64,000 bases of DNA from Blastocystis sp. Blastoise (lineage: Eukaryota > Protista > Bigyra: Opalinata), in assembly GCA_039096225.1 (NCBI GenBank), contig JBBPEB010000007.1, positions 372,001 through 436,000 of the forward strand. Direction: 5' to 3'. The stretch's first letter is position 1, and each line of letters opens with the position of its first letter. Both the position numbers and the translations under genes were made by a program. Of the stretch, positions 63,422 through 64,000 are shown one piece after another. The notes beneath the pieces were generated by a model, which did not search any database, was not told the origin of the DNA, and saw only the letters and a program-made list of their open reading frames with translations.

Positions 63422-64000
63422 TTAAAATTAATTCCAGCTTTTGATATGCTTTTAAAAAGTATGATAAAGATCTAATTTCTATTTCTTTTTTTGAACACAA
63501 ATTTCCCTGATTATTTCTTCATTATCACGAATTAAACACGAAAAAATCAAAAATCCTCACAAAAACGAAAGGCTTAGAAAACACCAAGTTTCTATTTGTG
63601 TTTACATCTTTTTTTCACTATTCATGAATTCATCTGTTAACAAAAATACTCACAATATATGTAATATCATCAAATAAATTTATATAATTTTCTCAAAACG
63701 ATCATTTCGACCCTTTTTGGATTCAACCATTACTATTTCTAGGTTAACTAACTTGAAGCGTATCACAGAAACTCTAAAACATCAACAGAATATCAAAGCC
63801 AATGATATTTATCCAAAGTAATTCAAACATAAAAGATTTTAAAACAACTTGACCTCTCACTCAATACAAACTACCGTTTCACCTCCTGAATCACCTCATT
63901 ATCATCGTTTCTCAAGGCTATATCCGAATAATAATAATAAAAAACAAAAACTTGAATAAAAGAAAAATACAGAAAATTTCTGAAAGAAAATAAAAACACA

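Overview
Extremely AT-rich, intron-rich eukaryotic DNA. The gene families and intron style are most reminiscent of a low-GC Blastocystis-type stramenopile, which is an inference. Host genes are a midasin/Rea1-like hexa-AAA protein running off the left edge, a putative type II glycosyltransferase-like protein, a BTB-like/LRR-like family protein, an hnRNP-U-like SPRY+P-loop protein with a C-terminal GNAT-like domain, a large type I surface protein, a possible Nup88/Nup82-like protein and a possible DOCK-like protein. The standout is two head-to-tail, apparently intact ~8.5-kb non-LTR retrotransposons (37972-46428 and 46471-55018, minus strand). Each encodes one intronless ORF of ~2,550 aa with reverse transcriptase, a CCHC knuckle and a restriction-like PD-(D/E)xK endonuclease. 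Both are inserted at the same nucleotide in the T-arm of a tRNA-Lys(UUU) gene. A ~43-bp duplication of the tRNA 3' end plus terminator flanks each copy and leaves an intact tRNA immediately upstream. The elements have a 5' UTR of only about 10 nt, no poly(A) tail, a structured 3' UTR ending in a partly tRNA-like sequence, and sharply mosaic N-termini. Multi-exon gene boundaries were read by eye and are approximate.
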